Origin: Candidatus Iainarchaeum sp.
Lineage (GTDB): Archaea > B1Sed10-29 > WALL01
Direction of reading: 5' to 3'
Assembly: GCA_016939415.1 (NCBI GenBank)
Contig: JAFGGZ010000032.1
Coordinates: 1,815-65,814, forward strand
DNA length: 64,000 bases
Position numbers and translations under genes: made by a program. The notes under the pieces were generated by a model. It had not been told where the DNA came from. It ran no database searches and saw nothing but the letters and a program-made list of their open reading frames with translations. Below are positions 62,543-64,000 of the stretch, piece by piece (the stretch's first letter is position 1; each line of letters starts with the position of its first letter).

Positions 62543-63571
62543 TCATGCGTCGATGATGAGTTTCCATTTCTCGACTCTTGCCTTCTTCCCGAGCGCTTCT
62601 GTGAGTTCCTTGTCGCTCTTCCCTTGTTTCCGCATGCGCTCGATCGCTTTGCGCGCGGTCTCTATCTCCTGGAAGTGCGCGTAGATCCAGTCACCGACTT
62701 CTTTGAACTCCTGCGCTTCGCGCTCGAAGCGCTTCAGTGCTTCTTCTTGCTCTTGGTACCTGTGCTCTACCCCCCCGGATTTTTTTTCTTCTTCTGGCAG
62801 TAGGAGGGGTGCGTAGTACTCGTCAAGCGCGTCATTGAACGATGGCCTCGGAACGAACTTGTCTTCTAGCACATGCATCGGGAATGGCACTGGCACGCCC
62901 TGTGTGCCTGGCTTCAGTTCTTTGTTCGCAAGGTCCTTGACTGCGTTGAACAATTTTTTCTTGTCCGCGCCTGTCGGCTTTTGCTTGTTCTTGTCCACGC
63001 CTGCTGCGAAGCACGCTTCTTCCAGGAAAATCGCCGAAAGGTTGATTTCCGAAGCCATTGAGCGTATTACGTCCTTTTCTTTGAAAATAGCTTCGAATTC
63101 TTCGTATTTCATGTCTTTTGGGTTCAATCCTCTGCTCTTTGGGTATATGTATGGTTTTTTTGGCTTTATTTCCCTGTCTTTCCATTCTTCGTAGTGGTCT
63201 GCCCAGCGTGTCAGTCCGTCTGGATCGACTAAAACCACGTTTCCTTTGCCGAATAGCTCGAGTATTATGCTCCAATCGTTGTCGAAATGGAGGGTAAGGA
63301 CCCTATCGAAGCCGTGTTGTGCTATGGTTGTGAGTTTGCTGCCTTGCAGGCTCTTTCTTACGAAGGATATGTTGCTGTTTGTGGTCTTGGCTTCGTGCTG
63401 GTAGCGCGTAGAGTGCACACTGTACGCTGGTGCCAGGACCAGGTCTGTGCCTTGCAGTCGGAGTTTATAAACCCCCGGCTTTATTGTCTGGAATTTGGAG
63501 AAGAACGCCTTAATGTCTGCGAGTTCTCTTGCTACGGCGTTTGTCTCCAGGCTTGACAATGTCATATACAT
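62543..63571 (-). CDS. NFACT-N (FbpA/Rqc2-like N-terminal) domain protein with coiled-coil tail; short for an archaeal Rqc2/NEMF homologue
   Basis: The N-terminal MTLSSLETNAVARELADI and ILELFGKGNVVLVD fit the NFACT-N pattern. A Lys/Glu coiled coil follows. At 342 aa it lacks the NFACT-R and Zn-ribbon regions of the ~650-aa archaeal homologues. Confidence 0.5.
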   Translation of the reverse strand: MYMTLSSLETNAVARELADIKAFFSKFQTIKPGVYKLRLQGTDLVLAPAYSVHSTRYQHEAKTTNSNISFVRKSLQGSKLTTIAQHGFDRVLTLHFDNDWSIILELFGKGNVVLVDPDGLTRWADHYEEWKDREIKPKKPYIYPKSRGLNPKDMKYEEFEAIFKEKDVIRSMASEINLSAIFLEEACFAAGVDKNKQKPTGADKKKLFNAVKDLANKELKPGTQGVPVPFPMHVLEDKFVPRPSFNDALDEYYAPLLLPEEEKKSGGVEHRYQEQEEALKRFEREAQEFKEVGDWIYAHFQEIETARKAIERMRKQGKSDKELTEALGKKARVEKWKLIIDA

Positions 63572-64000
63572 CTTCCTTGAACCACGTGAATGCTTTTCTC
63601 TTGAATGCGTACATGTATGCGAGCGCGCAGGCCATGCCTATGAAGTGTATTTCCATGCTGACTGGCGTGATGGCTTCTGTTTGCCTGCCTTTCACGACTT
63701 GTTCTTCTGCGAGTGCGAGTTCTCTTTCTTCTTGTTGTTTTTCTTCGAGGCTTTCCTGGACTTCATCCAGCTGCTGCCGTATGTCGATGGCTTCTTCTTG
63801 CGTTAGGTTGGGTTGTTGGAGTGCTTCTTCGAGTTCTTGCGCTGCCTGGTCCATTGCGTTGATGTCAGTGATCGTCCCGATTTTTTCTTCGACTGTTTTT
63901 TGCGTGAAGGCGTCGAGCGCCGTGTCTGTCGCCGGGAAGACGATGAGCGGGACTGCTGCGATGCAGGCGACGAGCACCACCACGGTTTTTTTGAAGTCTG
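63510..64000 (-). CDS. hypothetical membrane/coiled-coil protein; N-terminus probably beyond the window
   Basis: The frame is open to the window edge. There is an N-terminal hydrophobic segment (VVLVACIAAVPLIVF), a Gln/Glu-rich coiled coil and a C-terminal TM helix (IGMACALAYMYAF). It overlaps the previous gene's start by 62 nt. Confidence 0.35.
   Translation of the reverse strand, partial: DFKKTVVVLVACIAAVPLIVFPATDTALDAFTQKTVEEKIGTITDINAMDQAAQELEEALQQPNLTQEEAIDIRQQLDEVQESLEEKQQEERELALAEEQVVKGRQTEAITPVSMEIHFIGMACALAYMYAFKRKAFTWFKEDVYDIVKPGDKRRSKRTRRH

Noticed and set aside
1-64000. tRNA and rRNA genes
   Set aside because: Scanning for T-loop (GTTCGAATC or GGTTCAAAT) and D-loop (GGTAGAGC-type) signatures and for rRNA-like conserved stretches found nothing convincing. 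The few partial matches fall inside protein-coding genes. A covariance-model search would be needed to be definitive.

Overview
This window is a gene-dense chromosomal segment from a GC-rich archaeon, with roughly 70 protein-coding genes on both strands. The lineage is Euryarchaeota- or DPANN-like, judging by DNA polymerase D (DP1 and DP2), an archaeal histone, aCPSF1 next to the proteasome beta subunit, Orc1/Cdc6, SepF, SecF–SecD, archaeosine TGT, NucS, Hel308, an Lhr helicase, Taw1 and ThyX. Many neighbouring genes overlap by ATGA or GTGA start/stop codons, which points to operon organisation. I found no rRNA, tRNA or CRISPR array by eye. Most of the window is core information processing, tRNA modification and NAD metabolism. 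The features that stand out are listed here.
- A 1121-aa protein made of about seven helix-turn-helix repeats plus a degenerate methyltransferase-like core, lying convergent to orc1/cdc6.
- A SepF gene followed by a membrane protein with an internal duplication.
- A translationally coupled pair of a CARF-like/wHTH regulator and an HD hydrolase, with no CRISPR nearby.
- A 1152-aa acidic coiled-coil surface protein.
- An 8-Cys secreted peptide coupled to a small membrane protein.
- A tandem-duplicated ThyX.
- An about 400-nt polypyrimidine tract carrying a dispersed CTCACTT motif.
- A tandem palindromic operator at 313–356.
- An AT-rich 0.5-kb island at 5700–6220.
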